A stretch of DNA of 64,000 bases from contig JAFGSN010000007.1 of the NCBI GenBank assembly GCA_016934575.1, positions 528 to 64,527 on the forward strand, written 5' to 3'. Made by a program: the position numbers and the translations under genes. Below are positions 31,756 through 40,840 of this stretch, piece by piece; position 1 is the stretch's first letter, and each line of letters opens with the position of its first letter. A model generated the notes under the pieces. That model was not told where the DNA came from and ran no database searches. It was given only the letters and a program-made list of their open reading frames with translations. The stretch comes from Vicinamibacteria bacterium (GTDB lineage: Bacteria > Acidobacteriota > Vicinamibacteria > Fen-336).

Positions 31756-32175
31756 ATGAGCGACGTCCCGCGCGAGCCGCGCGTTCTTGTCATCGATGAT
31801 TCGGCCCTCGTGCGACGGATCCTGGCGCTGACGTGCCGCCAAATTCCAGAGCTGGTCTATTCCGACATCGACCAGGCCGCGGATGGATACGAGGCTCTCA
31901 AAATGCTGCGTGAGCACGACTACGAGCTCATTCTGGCCGATATTCGCATGCCGCGTCTCGACGGTTACGAGATGGTGCGACGGATCCGCCAAGACCTCGG
32001 AGACACCAAGACGCCCATCATTCTCATCAGCACTCTCGGTTCGGAAGAGGACGTCCGTCGCGGCATCGAAGCGGGCGCCACGGCCTATGTCATCAAGCCG
32101 CTTTCACCCTATCGCGTCAAGCTCGTCATTCAGAAATTGCTGCACTCGAAAAAGGTGAGCAAGCGCACGCCATAG
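31756..32175 (+). CDS. single-domain response regulator (CheY-like)
   Basis: 139 aa. Contains VLVIDDSALVRR, LILADIRMPRLDG and AYVIKP. Confidence 0.85.
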   Translation: MSDVPREPRVLVIDDSALVRRILALTCRQIPELVYSDIDQAADGYEALKMLREHDYELILADIRMPRLDGYEMVRRIRQDLGDTKTPIILISTLGSEEDVRRGIEAGATAYVIKPLSPYRVKLVIQKLLHSKKVSKRTP

Positions 32176-32339
32176 GCGCCCGTGGAAGCGCCGCGTTGGA
32201 ATTTGTGATTGATCTCACGAAAATTCACTCGCGATATGCGAGTATGAAGGAAAGCGACGCCTCTTTCATCGACGCGGCGAAGGAGCGCGTTGAGTCGATG
32301 GAGCGGCTCTTGGCGGGCCCAAGCGGGAGGGAGCGCGAA

Positions 32340-33230
32340 ATGAAACGATATCTACGGTCATCCTGTGCTGCGTTCACCGTCGTTCTTGCCGGGTGCCAAT
32401 GGGCGTCCGTCCGCTCCGGCGACGACGAAAAACGCAAGCTCGAAGAAAGAGTCGCTGATCTTGAAACGCGCCTGCAAGCGACGCCTTCGCCGACTCCGGA
32501 TTCACTCGACGTCGGACCGGCCGAGGCAGCGTCCTCCGGAACCGAACCGACCATAGATACGAAAGATCTCCAAAAACAAGAGACGAGCGTGACCGCGACG
32601 TCCGCCGCTGTCCCGCCGAAGCCCCGCTCCGAGCCGATCATGGCAGTGTCGCCCGCGGCGCGGGACTCGTCCAAGTCGGCTCCCGCCACGACGCAAGACA
32701 AACGCGAGACTGTCGTTCGCGAGTGGTCGATCGAGAATGGAAGCGAGCTGACGCTGGTTTTCGAGACGCCAATCTCATCTCAAAGCAGCCGGGTCGGCGA
32801 TTCCGTCACGACTCGCGTTGAGCACGCCGTCGACGCGGACGGCCGCGTTTGTCTGCCCGGCGGCTCGACGCTTGGCGGCCGCGTGACGAGCGTGAAAGGC
32901 GCCGCGCGCGTCGGAGGCAAGGCGTCGCTTGCGATGACTTTCGATCGTCTCACCGTTCGCCGGCAAAAACAGCGCATCGAGCCCTTTTCCGTCGTCCTTC
33001 AAGGAGGCAGCGACCTCAAACGCGACGGCGCGCTCGTCGCCGGAGGCGCGATCGCCGGCGCCGTTTTAGGCGGCATTCTCGACGGAGGCAAAGGCGCCAA
33101 AAAAGGCGCGGCCGTCGGCGCGGTCGGCGGCGCCGGGGCGGCCGTGGCGACCAAGGGCGAGAAAATCGAGTTGAATGCCGGCCAACGCCTGATCGTCAGC
33201 GTCTCGCGGACGGCCCGCGTTCAAAAGTGA
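32340..33230 (+). CDS. lipoprotein with C-terminal glycine-zipper region
   Basis: An internal ATG preceded by GGGAGGGAG gives MKRYLRSSCAAFTVVLAGC (lipobox LAGC). The C-terminus GAIAGAVLGGILDGGKGAKKGAAVGAVGGAGAAVATKG is glycine-zipper-like. The ORF opens at 32196. Confidence 0.55.
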   Translation: MKRYLRSSCAAFTVVLAGCQWASVRSGDDEKRKLEERVADLETRLQATPSPTPDSLDVGPAEAASSGTEPTIDTKDLQKQETSVTATSAAVPPKPRSEPIMAVSPAARDSSKSAPATTQDKRETVVREWSIENGSELTLVFETPISSQSSRVGDSVTTRVEHAVDADGRVCLPGGSTLGGRVTSVKGAARVGGKASLAMTFDRLTVRRQKQRIEPFSVVLQGGSDLKRDGALVAGGAIAGAVLGGILDGGKGAKKGAAVGAVGGAGAAVATKGEKIELNAGQRLIVSVSRTARVQK

Positions 33231-33313
33231 CGTTGCGCGGGTCGCGTTTCGTCGTTCCGTCGAGGTAGAATCGGCCCGAACGAAGTTGAACGCTCGGCCG
33301 TCGTAGGCGAGCC

Positions 33314-35056
33314 TTGGAGATCTTCTCGGAGTCGCCTTTGTCCTTTTCCACCCCCCGTCGAATCGGCCGTTACGAGATCGTCAGAGAGCTCGGACGTGGG
33401 ACAATGGGCGTCGTGTACGAGGCGCGCGATCCGGCCCTCGATCGTCGTATCGCTCTCAAGACGATTCATCTTTCCCATCTCTCCGCGGACCACCGACGCC
33501 AGATCTATGAGCGCCGGTTTCTAGCCGAGGCGCAGGCGGCCGGACAGCTTTCTCATCCCGGCATCGTCGTCGTACACGACGTCGGACGCGATTCCGAAAC
33601 GGACCTGCTCTACATCGCGCTCGAGTTTCTCGTCGGCCGCACACTGGCCGAGATCGTCGCCGCGGACGCGCTGCCGGAATGGCGCGAATGCCTGCGCGTG
33701 CTCGCCCGCGTGGCTCGCGCTCTTCATCACGCTCACACGAACGGGGTGGTCCATCGCGACGTCAAGCCGGCGAATATCATGATCCTGCCCTCGGGCGAGC
33801 CGAAGATCATGGACTTCGGAATCGCCAAGCTGGATACGAGCGAGCTTACCAGTCCGGGCGAGTTGTTCGGCACGCCGCTCTACATGGCTCCGGAGCAGGC
33901 TTTGGGGGAGAAGGTCGACGCGCGAAGCGACCTGTTCTCGCTGGGTTCGATCGCCTACACGATGCTCACGGGGCGGTCGCCTTTCGCCGCATCCAGTGTT
34001 CCGGGGATTCTCGCGCGCGTCGCTCATCAAGAGCCTCCCAGGCCGACCGAGATCGCGTCCGATTTGCCCAAGTCGGTGGATTACTTCATCGCGCGGGCTA
34101 TGGCGAAATCCCCCGACAACCGGTATCCCGACGGCCAGAAGATGGCGGAAGACATCGAGGACATCATCGCCGGGAAACAACCCCGACATCGCCGGGGTTG
34201 GACCATGCCGGAGCGGGGAGAGGGCACGATTTACATACACCGGCCGGGAAATGAAGCGCCGGAGGCGTCGCTCGGCCTTCAACCGGTCGGCGTGACACCG
34301 AAGCCGCTCGGACGGAGAATCGGAGGGGGCGCGCTTCGCTGTTTTCGTCGCATCGGTGCCGCGCGCCTGCTCGCCGCCATGCTGGCGGCGACGGCCGTTG
34401 TCTTCTATCTCAATCCCCACTGGGCGGCCTTTTGCAACGAATGGGCGTTCGAACGTGTCGCCGCGCTCGTCTCAGAATCGAGCAAAGGACGGGAAGGCGG
34501 CTCGTCGACGACGCCGGCGCCCAAGCTTCCCGAGGAACCGGTCGTCGATCCCGAGCGTCCGAGCGACGCGGAAGGAGAGATCGAGGACATCGAGCTGCCG
34601 GCGAACGCCGAGGCCGCCGAGGACGAACCGAACGTCGATCTCATCGATGACAGCGAGGAGTCCGCTCCGGGCGACGTCCCGACTCCCGTTCCCGCCGAAC
34701 CGCGGGTGCGGCCGCCCACGCCACGTCCCACGGCGCAGCCGCCGGCACGGCTCAAAATCGTGTTCAAGCACGGCTTGAAGAGCGGATCTCTTCGAGTCTG
34801 GATCGATCGCAAGCTCGTGCTGAGCGAGCGTCTCGATAGTCGTGTCACGCGCAAGTTCCTCGTCTTCACTTCCCGCAAGGGAGCCGTCGTCGAAACGCTC
34901 AAGCTCAAACCGGGGCGGCACGTGATCACCGCTCAGGTTCGCTGGGACGGCAAGGTCAAAGCGGCGGGAATCCGCTCCACTCTCGCTTCGGGTCGCTTAC
35001 GCTGCCTCGAGGTCGCGGTGCACCGCGGCAAGCTCATCCTGCGATGGCGTTACTGA
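33314..35056 (+). CDS. membrane-anchored Ser/Thr protein kinase
   Basis: Contains GRGTMGVVYEARD, HRDVKPANIM, DFGIAK and APEQ. One TM segment (LLAAMLAATAVVFYL) is followed by an acidic/Pro-rich linker and a C-terminal domain of about 100 aa. Confidence 0.9.
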   Translation: MEIFSESPLSFSTPRRIGRYEIVRELGRGTMGVVYEARDPALDRRIALKTIHLSHLSADHRRQIYERRFLAEAQAAGQLSHPGIVVVHDVGRDSETDLLYIALEFLVGRTLAEIVAADALPEWRECLRVLARVARALHHAHTNGVVHRDVKPANIMILPSGEPKIMDFGIAKLDTSELTSPGELFGTPLYMAPEQALGEKVDARSDLFSLGSIAYTMLTGRSPFAASSVPGILARVAHQEPPRPTEIASDLPKSVDYFIARAMAKSPDNRYPDGQKMAEDIEDIIAGKQPRHRRGWTMPERGEGTIYIHRPGNEAPEASLGLQPVGVTPKPLGRRIGGGALRCFRRIGAARLLAAMLAATAVVFYLNPHWAAFCNEWAFERVAALVSESSKGREGGSSTTPAPKLPEEPVVDPERPSDAEGEIEDIELPANAEAAEDEPNVDLIDDSEESAPGDVPTPVPAEPRVRPPTPRPTAQPPARLKIVFKHGLKSGSLRVWIDRKLVLSERLDSRVTRKFLVFTSRKGAVVETLKLKPGRHVITAQVRWDGKVKAAGIRSTLASGRLRCLEVAVHRGKLILRWRY

Positions 35057-36679
35057 CTAACGCAGGAGTCGTCGAAGACCTTTAAGCGCGGGGTCCTTAG
35101 GAGAGAGCACGGCCAGCTCCTCGCGCGCCCCCTCGTGTTGCTGCTTGATGGAGAGAACCGCCCGAAACTCGACGATGGCCCGTGAACGCTGCCTCATCGC
35201 CTTGTAATACAGACCGAACTGATAGTGATAATCGGCGTTGTTCGGAGACAAGCGCAGCGCCTCGAGAAACTCGCGCTCGGCATGTTTGGACGTGCGAGGA
35301 TAAAGCGCCATCGCCAGCGCCAGGCGAATCCTCAGCTCGGATTCCTCCGGCATGAGGTTGACGAGCTTCGAATACGTGCGCACGGCGTTGGCGAAGTCGC
35401 CGACGGTCATGCGCAGCTCGCCCTCCATGAGCAGATAGCGCGCCTGTTCTTCGACGGGCAGGACGCCGCGATTGATCCCCGTTGCTCCGGCGGGCGCCTC
35501 CGCGGGCGGCGCTGACGGCACGGGTTGGGACGACGCCGGCAATGCCATCTGCGGGGCGACGGGTTCTGGCGGGGCTGGCTCGGGAACAATATCGAACCCG
35601 TCGATGGGTATCGTGCTCGGCGATGTCGTCTGAGGCTGGGAAGGAGGCGGCTGTTGTCGTGTCAGCCGCAGCAAAGAGGATGCCCGTCCGAGGATCAGCT
35701 CGATGTCGGTGCGCAGAGCCTCGTCGTCTCCGACGGCCTCGAGCAAGGCCTGATAACGTTCCATCTTGTCCTCGAGCGCTCGCAGTAGATCAGCGCGCGG
35801 CGCCGTGCGTGAGATCTTGAGCCACGTCTCCCGATCAAGGTTGGACGAGCGCTCGAGCTCATCCTTGACTTCCTTGAGGATGGCCTCACGCGCCGAAGGA
35901 TCCGGCCGTTTCTGCAGAGCGGAGAGCAGAAAAAGACCGGTCTCGGTCTGAAAGCCGGGCTGCGGCTCGACGGCCGTCTCGTCCGCCTCTCGCAGCAATC
36001 CCGACATGAGCAGCCCATAGACGGAACGCATTCTCTCGAACTGAATCCCCCCCGGCGCCCAGGCCAGCCTTCTCAACGTGGCCCGCCGCGCGGCCTGTGC
36101 GAGGATTTCGCGTTCCTCGATCGGGCAGGCTTCGATGTCGAAGAGAAAGGGAAGGGAATCGGCCGCCGTCACCCAGCGATCGAGGTTGTCCAGGCCGACC
36201 GTCACCAACTCCTGGCTGGCCATGGTCTTGACGCCGTCGTAAAGCAGGCGATGAACCGAGAAGCTGACCATGTACTCGAGCGGTATGGGACAGCGTCGAT
36301 CCTCGAAGGTGGCCAGTCCGTCGGTGAAGCTGAAAACCGAAAGAATGATGCGGCGCACCTGTCGCGCGACGGAAGTGCCAAGCTGCCGTTTGTCGAGCAC
36401 GCCCGCCAGCACGAGGGCCTCGCCGAATCGACGATGGCCTTCCTTCATCAGTTGCGACGCGCGACGGAAATCCTCCTCGCTGATGTGCCCCATGGCGACC
36501 AGCGACTCGCCCAGCCGATCGCGTTTAAGGTTGCTCGCCGCGAAAACAACGCGGCCGTGATCGAAAAAGACCGTCTTGACGATAGCGCGGGAATGCACTT
36601 GCAGGTCCCCGCTGCGTCGTTCCGCGGACAGACGCCGGAGCACCCTGGCAAACGGCGTAACGGAGAGATCGGCCAACAT
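35057..36679 (-). CDS. DUF4388 (PATAN-like) domain protein with C-terminal TPR repeats
   Basis: The N-terminus LADLSVTPFARVLRRLSAERRSGDLQVHSRAIVKTVFFDHGRVVFAASN is typical of DUF4388. The C-terminal repeats are TPR-like (YSKLVNLMPEESELRIRLALA.., ALRLSPNNADYHYQFGLYY). Confidence 0.7.
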   Translation of the reverse strand: MLADLSVTPFARVLRRLSAERRSGDLQVHSRAIVKTVFFDHGRVVFAASNLKRDRLGESLVAMGHISEEDFRRASQLMKEGHRRFGEALVLAGVLDKRQLGTSVARQVRRIILSVFSFTDGLATFEDRRCPIPLEYMVSFSVHRLLYDGVKTMASQELVTVGLDNLDRWVTAADSLPFLFDIEACPIEEREILAQAARRATLRRLAWAPGGIQFERMRSVYGLLMSGLLREADETAVEPQPGFQTETGLFLLSALQKRPDPSAREAILKEVKDELERSSNLDRETWLKISRTAPRADLLRALEDKMERYQALLEAVGDDEALRTDIELILGRASSLLRLTRQQPPPSQPQTTSPSTIPIDGFDIVPEPAPPEPVAPQMALPASSQPVPSAPPAEAPAGATGINRGVLPVEEQARYLLMEGELRMTVGDFANAVRTYSKLVNLMPEESELRIRLALAMALYPRTSKHAEREFLEALRLSPNNADYHYQFGLYYKAMRQRSRAIVEFRAVLSIKQQHEGAREELAVLSPKDPALKGLRRLLR

Positions 36680-36909
36680 GGTCGAGCAAGGTCATAGCAC
36701 GCCCGTGGATAGGCTGCAAGCGTCTTCTCCCTGAAAAACGCGCTTGGGTTTCGATGGTTGAGCGATACGACGGAACGCCGGCCCGCCCATCACTCTAAAA
36801 CGCGACCCTGCCGCGTGACCGCCGAGCGTTCGGGATGACGATCGCGCCCCGTTGGGCGGCAGGTGACAGCGAACGTTTTCCCGAGTCGCGCCTGGAGACA
36901 AGCGACCGG

Positions 36910-36918
36910 TGTTATAAT
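36910..36918 (+). promoter_or_regulatory. extended -10 promoter (TGTTATAAT) giving a leaderless or near-leaderless mRNA
   Basis: A perfect TGnTATAAT lies at 36910-36918. The ATG of the first DUF507 gene follows at 36928, only 9 nt after the -10 element, and no Shine-Dalgarno is possible. Confidence 0.45.
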
Positions 36919-36927
36919 TCAAAGTAA

Positions 36928-37206
36928 ATGCGGTTGTCGTCAGACGAGATCCTGTTCATCGCCAAGAAGATCGTCCGGAGGCTGGTCTCCGAAGAGAAGC
37001 TGCAAGTCGACTCCGAGGAGCGCGTCGCCATGGCCATCGCGAAGATCATCGCCGACGAGCTGGCGGTCGAAGACCGCCTGAACCAGGAAGTCCGGGAAAC
37101 GCTCATGCTGCACGCCTCCGAGCTCGAGCGCTCGAACGTCACCTACACGGAGATGTTCAAGATGCTCAAGAAGAAAATGGCCAAGGAGAAGGGGATCGTC
37201 CTGTGA
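36928..37206 (+). CDS. DUF507 family protein
   Basis: 92 aa, a charged helical protein. MRLSSDEILFIAKKIVRRLVSEEKL...EVRETL matches my recollection of DUF507. It is paired with a paralog downstream. Confidence 0.7.
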   Translation: MRLSSDEILFIAKKIVRRLVSEEKLQVDSEERVAMAIAKIIADELAVEDRLNQEVRETLMLHASELERSNVTYTEMFKMLKKKMAKEKGIVL

Positions 37207-37484
37207 AGCTATCGCGGGAGAAGATCCTGCTTCTGTCCCACTCGATCCTCGACTATCTGAACTCCGATGACGAAATCGAGTACTTCGTCGATCCCCAGGA
37301 ATTGCGCCGAGAGATCGTGCATACGATCACCGAAGAAATCAAGGCGGACGAGAACATCGACAGGCTCGCGCGCAAGAAGATCGAGAGTCAAAAACGTCTG
37401 ATTCTTGAGGGTTCGGAGGAATGGGAGATACTCTACCGTAAATACTATGAGGAGGAGGCGGCCGCGCGACGTAAAGTCGTTTAA
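37203..37484 (+). CDS. DUF507 family protein (paralog)
   Basis: 93 aa. MKLSREKILLLSHSILDYLNSDDEIEY...KKIESQKRLILEGSEEWEILYRKYYEEE. It overlaps the upstream paralog by 4 nt. Confidence 0.7.
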   Translation: MKLSREKILLLSHSILDYLNSDDEIEYFVDPQELRREIVHTITEEIKADENIDRLARKKIESQKRLILEGSEEWEILYRKYYEEEAAARRKVV

Positions 37485-37498
37485 TAGGTTCTCGATAC

Positions 37499-37521
37499 GC
37501 CGCTCGCCGCAGGGCGGCGGC
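37499..37521. terminator. GC-rich hairpin between convergent genes (possible bidirectional terminator)
   Basis: GCCGCTCGCC-GCAG-GGCGGCGGC forms a stem of about 9 bp with one bulge and a tetraloop. There is no U-tract. It lies between the DUF507 stop (37484) and the DUF167 stop (37596). Confidence 0.3.
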
Positions 37522-37595
37522 ATGGACGATCACGCATAACGTTCGATATGTTCGTTTTGGCCGATTTCGTAGCGCCGGCGCCAAGTATCAGCGCC

Positions 37596-37916
37596 CTAAC
37601 TCAACTTGCGTACAAGCGCCACGACCTCCTGAAGCTCGACGCCGTCGATCTCGACGAGCTTGTCCCGCCCCGTCCCGCCCCGCACGATGCGCATGCTGGA
37701 GGCGGGAACGCGCAGACGCCGAGCTAGCAGACGAACCAGCGCGGCGTTGGCCGCGTTCTCTACCGGAGGAGCAGTGACACGCACGACCAAAGCGCCGCCG
37801 CGGACGTTCCCGAGCTCCTCGCGCGAGGCCCTCGGCTGAACGCGGATACGCAGTCGCACGCCGTTTCCGATTGCGCGTGCGTCGAGCGTCGACGCGTCGG
37901 CTTCGCTAGCGCTCAA
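37596..37916 (-). CDS. DUF167 (YggU) family protein
   Basis: 106 aa. LRIRVQPRASREELGNVRGGALVVRVTAPPVENAANAALVRLLARRLRV is the YggU signature. Confidence 0.8.
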   Translation of the reverse strand: MSASEADASTLDARAIGNGVRLRIRVQPRASREELGNVRGGALVVRVTAPPVENAANAALVRLLARRLRVPASSMRIVRGGTGRDKLVEIDGVELQEVVALVRKLS

Positions 37917-37953
37917 AGCTTGTCTCCGGCGGGAACGCGCCGCAAGCGGGCGT

Positions 37954-38451
37954 TTACGCCTGCTGCTCGCGCCGCACGAGGAAATGAAGGTTGTCCTCCA
38001 GTTCCGCCTCTTCCTGGAGATCGATCAGATGGGCCACTCGGCTGATCAGCGCGCGGATGTCGGAGCGGAGCGCCTGCCGCTGAGAGCGCAGATCGAGAAT
38101 CGTCTTGTCGATGTCGCCCGCACGCTCCCGCGCCAGTTCCAGCAAGCGGTCGGCGCGCAGCTCGGCTTCTTTCACGATCCCCTCGGCCTGCTTGCGGGCG
38201 TTGTCTTTCATCTCCTCGGTCAGGCGCTGGGCGGTGAGCAGAGTGTTCTTCAGGATGGTCTCACGGTTGCGAAAATCCTCGACCAGGCCGCGTAGAGTCG
38301 CGACCTCGCGCTCGAAGATGTCGCGTTCCTTCTGCAGCGCGGCCGCTTCCTCGGCGATAAAACCAAGATATGTCCGGACCTCGTCTCGATCGTATCCCCG
38401 GAAGCTCTTCTTGAAGACTTGCCTTTGAATCTCCATGGTGTTGATCTTCAT
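37954..38451 (-). CDS. DivIVA domain-containing protein
   Basis: The N-terminus MEIQRQVFKKSFRGYDRDEVRTYLGFIAEE is followed by a coiled coil. Confidence 0.85.
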   Translation of the reverse strand: MKINTMEIQRQVFKKSFRGYDRDEVRTYLGFIAEEAAALQKERDIFEREVATLRGLVEDFRNRETILKNTLLTAQRLTEEMKDNARKQAEGIVKEAELRADRLLELARERAGDIDKTILDLRSQRQALRSDIRALISRVAHLIDLQEEAELEDNLHFLVRREQQA

Positions 38452-38543
38452 GACTCACCTCCCGGCACGAGCCCCGCGCATAGAGTTGCACAATATATGG
38501 CTCGGAAACAAGGGGGAGCGCGCATGCAGTTCACGAGAAAGAC

Positions 38544-39275
38544 GTGACGGACTATGATGGCGGAGGAGGCGCAAGCATGGCCTGGCGATCCGGGTATCGT
38601 CGAGATCTCGTTCTCTTCGGCGCGCACATTCCATTTGCATTGGCGGTCCTTGGAGGCGTCATCATCGCCGCCTCAATTCTCGGCGCCCTTTTCGAGCCGA
38701 TACTACGGTCGGGATGCCTGGCGCCTGGATTGGCTCTGAAAGGGCAGCTATGGCGCCTTGTCACCTGGGGCTTGTTCGCAACGCACCCGATCAGCCTGAT
38801 CTTCGCCTGCCTCGTTCTCTACTGGTTCGGAAAGGGCCTCGCATCGGCATGGGGACCCTGGCGCCTGATCTTCTTTCATCTCGGCTTGAGCGCGGCAAGC
38901 GGGGCGATCACGAGCCTCGTTTCTCTGGTCTGGCCCGCTCTCACATGGACGGCATATGCCAGTCCCTGGCCGGCGCTCTCGGCGATGATCATCGTCTGGG
39001 CGGAGCTTCACCCCATGCGACAGATACTTTTGTACTTCGTTCTTCCGATGCGCGGGCGAACGCTGGTCTACGTCACGGTCGGCATAACGCTGCTTTACGC
39101 CATTTTCGAGGGCTGGTCGTTCTACCTTCCGGAATTCTTCGCGCAGGGAATCGTTCTGGCTTACATGGGCGGTTTCAGGCGTTTCTGGCTACGGGCGCGA
39201 CTGGCGTCTCTCAATCGTCGCGCGTCGCACTTGCGCGCCGTCGAGCGCAACGACCGGCCGCGTTGGCTGCACTGA
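38544..39275 (+). CDS. rhomboid family membrane protein (catalytic His not confidently located)
   Basis: Contains GQLWRLVTWGLFATH (the WR motif/TM2) and GLSAASGAI (GxSG-like). The expected TM6 AH.GG reads FFAQGIVLAYMGG. Confidence 0.65.
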   Translation: MTDYDGGGGASMAWRSGYRRDLVLFGAHIPFALAVLGGVIIAASILGALFEPILRSGCLAPGLALKGQLWRLVTWGLFATHPISLIFACLVLYWFGKGLASAWGPWRLIFFHLGLSAASGAITSLVSLVWPALTWTAYASPWPALSAMIIVWAELHPMRQILLYFVLPMRGRTLVYVTVGITLLYAIFEGWSFYLPEFFAQGIVLAYMGGFRRFWLRARLASLNRRASHLRAVERNDRPRWLH

Positions 39276-39327
39276 AAAGCCGCGACAGTGTCGTGAACGA
39301 GATGTCGATCCATGTGCGGCATCAGAT

Positions 39328-39359
39328 CGCGCGGCGGAAAAACCCGCGCGGTGTTTTTT
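39328..39359 (+). terminator. rho-independent terminator after the rhomboid gene
   Basis: Stem CGCGCGG (39328-39334) pairs with CCGCGCG (39344-39350) across a 9-nt loop. It is followed by GTGTTTTTT. Confidence 0.65.
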
Positions 39360-39399
39360 CGGCGCATCGGTCCTGCCCGTCGATTCGGTTCCGAGGATT

Positions 39400-39873
39400 T
39401 CAGCCTTCGACCTGATCGTGGATCGTCATAAGCTTGATGATTTCGTACTCTTTCGTTCCGGCCGGGACTCTGACGACGACGACATCGCCCCGCTCGTGAC
39501 CGAGAAGGCACCTGCCGATCGGTGACGACGCGGAAATTCGTCCGTTCTCCGGATCGATCTCCTCGGGCGAGACGATCTCGTAGACGACCTCCTGGTCGCT
39601 GTCGGTGTTCCTGAGCGTGACGACGGCGCCCAGGCCAACCTTGTCCTTGGGGATTCGTTCGAGGTTGATCATCGACAACGCCGCGACGCGCCGGTGGAGT
39701 TGCGCGATACGGGCGTCGAGATAGCTCTGGCGCTCCTTGGCGGCGCTGTACTCGGCGTTTTCGCGCAGATCCCCGAACTCACGGGCGCGTTGGATCTCCT
39801 TGGGGAGCTGCACCTTGAGCTCGTAATCGAGCGCCTTGATCTCGTCCTCGAGCCGTTTCTTGACGTCAATCAT
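39400..39873 (-). CDS. greA: transcription elongation factor GreA
   Basis: MIDVKKRLEDEIKALDYELKVQLPKEIQRAREFGDLRENAEYSAAKERQ...SSPIGRCLLGHERGDVV. The start is at internal ATG 39873. The ORF opens at 40053. Confidence 0.9.
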   Translation of the reverse strand: MIDVKKRLEDEIKALDYELKVQLPKEIQRAREFGDLRENAEYSAAKERQSYLDARIAQLHRRVAALSMINLERIPKDKVGLGAVVTLRNTDSDQEVVYEIVSPEEIDPENGRISASSPIGRCLLGHERGDVVVVRVPAGTKEYEIIKLMTIHDQVEG

Positions 39874-39983
39874 CGGAATACGAAAGGCGGCGCGCGCGAC
39901 TCGCCCGGAGCGCCGCGACCGCCTTGAACTATCGGAAGTCAGTTTAGCACGGAGACCGCGTGACGATGGTAATCTCGTGGGCC

Positions 39984-40793
39984 ATGAGCGAACGCTCGCT
40001 GATACGGAGCCGGCATAATCCCCTCGTGTGGCGCTTGAGGGAGTTAAAATCACGCGGCGCGACCGAGAATCTCGTCCTGATCGAGGGCGTCAGGCTGATC
40101 GAGGAGGCGCTCGCCGCCGGCGTCGAGATCGTCGAGACGGCGGCCGCGCCGCGTGTCGAACGCACGGAACGCGGCCGCTCGCTTCTGCGCATGCTCGCAA
40201 CGCTCGGCCACAGCGTTCGTTATCTCGACGACGGAGTCATTGCGTCCATCGCCGATGTTGAGACGAGCCAGGGCGTCCTGGCGCTGTCGCGCCGTCCAAT
40301 GTTCGACGAGAATCAAGCGTTCGACGGAAATCCTCTCGTGATCGCGGCCGTGGCGATTCAGAATCCCGGCAACGTGGGCGCGCTGTTACGCACGGCCGAA
40401 GCCGCCGGCGCCACGGGCGTTTATTTGACGCGCGGTTGCGCTGATCCCTGCTCGTGGAAAGCGATTCGCGGAGCCATGGGAAGCGCGTTTCGGCTTCCGC
40501 ATTTCCAGGCAACGGACGCCGGCGCTCTTCTTCGGCGATTCCACTCTCGCGGGCTCGCCATTCTCACCGCCGTGGCTGCAGACGGCCGGCGATACGATCG
40601 CTGTGACTTCACGCGTCCGGCGGCGTTGTTTCTCGGCAACGAAGGCGCCGGGCTTCCCGAGGAGGTACTCGCCGCCGCCGATGAGCGCATCATGGTTCCG
40701 ACGAAGCCGCCGGTCGAGAGTCTCAATGTCGCCGTCGCCGCGGGCGTGCTCCTTTTCGAGGCGGCGCGGCAACGGCGCGGCCGAGGAAACTGA
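39984..40793 (+). CDS. TrmH/SpoU family RNA 2'-O-methyltransferase
   Basis: Contains RSRHNPLVWRLRELK, then the SpoU motifs IQNPGNVGALLRTAEAAG, LFLGNEGAGL and ESLNVAVAAGVLLFE. Alternative starts lie at 39960 and 39966. Confidence 0.8.
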   Translation: MSERSLIRSRHNPLVWRLRELKSRGATENLVLIEGVRLIEEALAAGVEIVETAAAPRVERTERGRSLLRMLATLGHSVRYLDDGVIASIADVETSQGVLALSRRPMFDENQAFDGNPLVIAAVAIQNPGNVGALLRTAEAAGATGVYLTRGCADPCSWKAIRGAMGSAFRLPHFQATDAGALLRRFHSRGLAILTAVAADGRRYDRCDFTRPAALFLGNEGAGLPEEVLAAADERIMVPTKPPVESLNVAVAAGVLLFEAARQRRGRGN

Positions 40794-40840
40794 AGGCCGC
40801 CTATTTCAACGAGACTGAACGCGCGGGCTATACTCCGACT

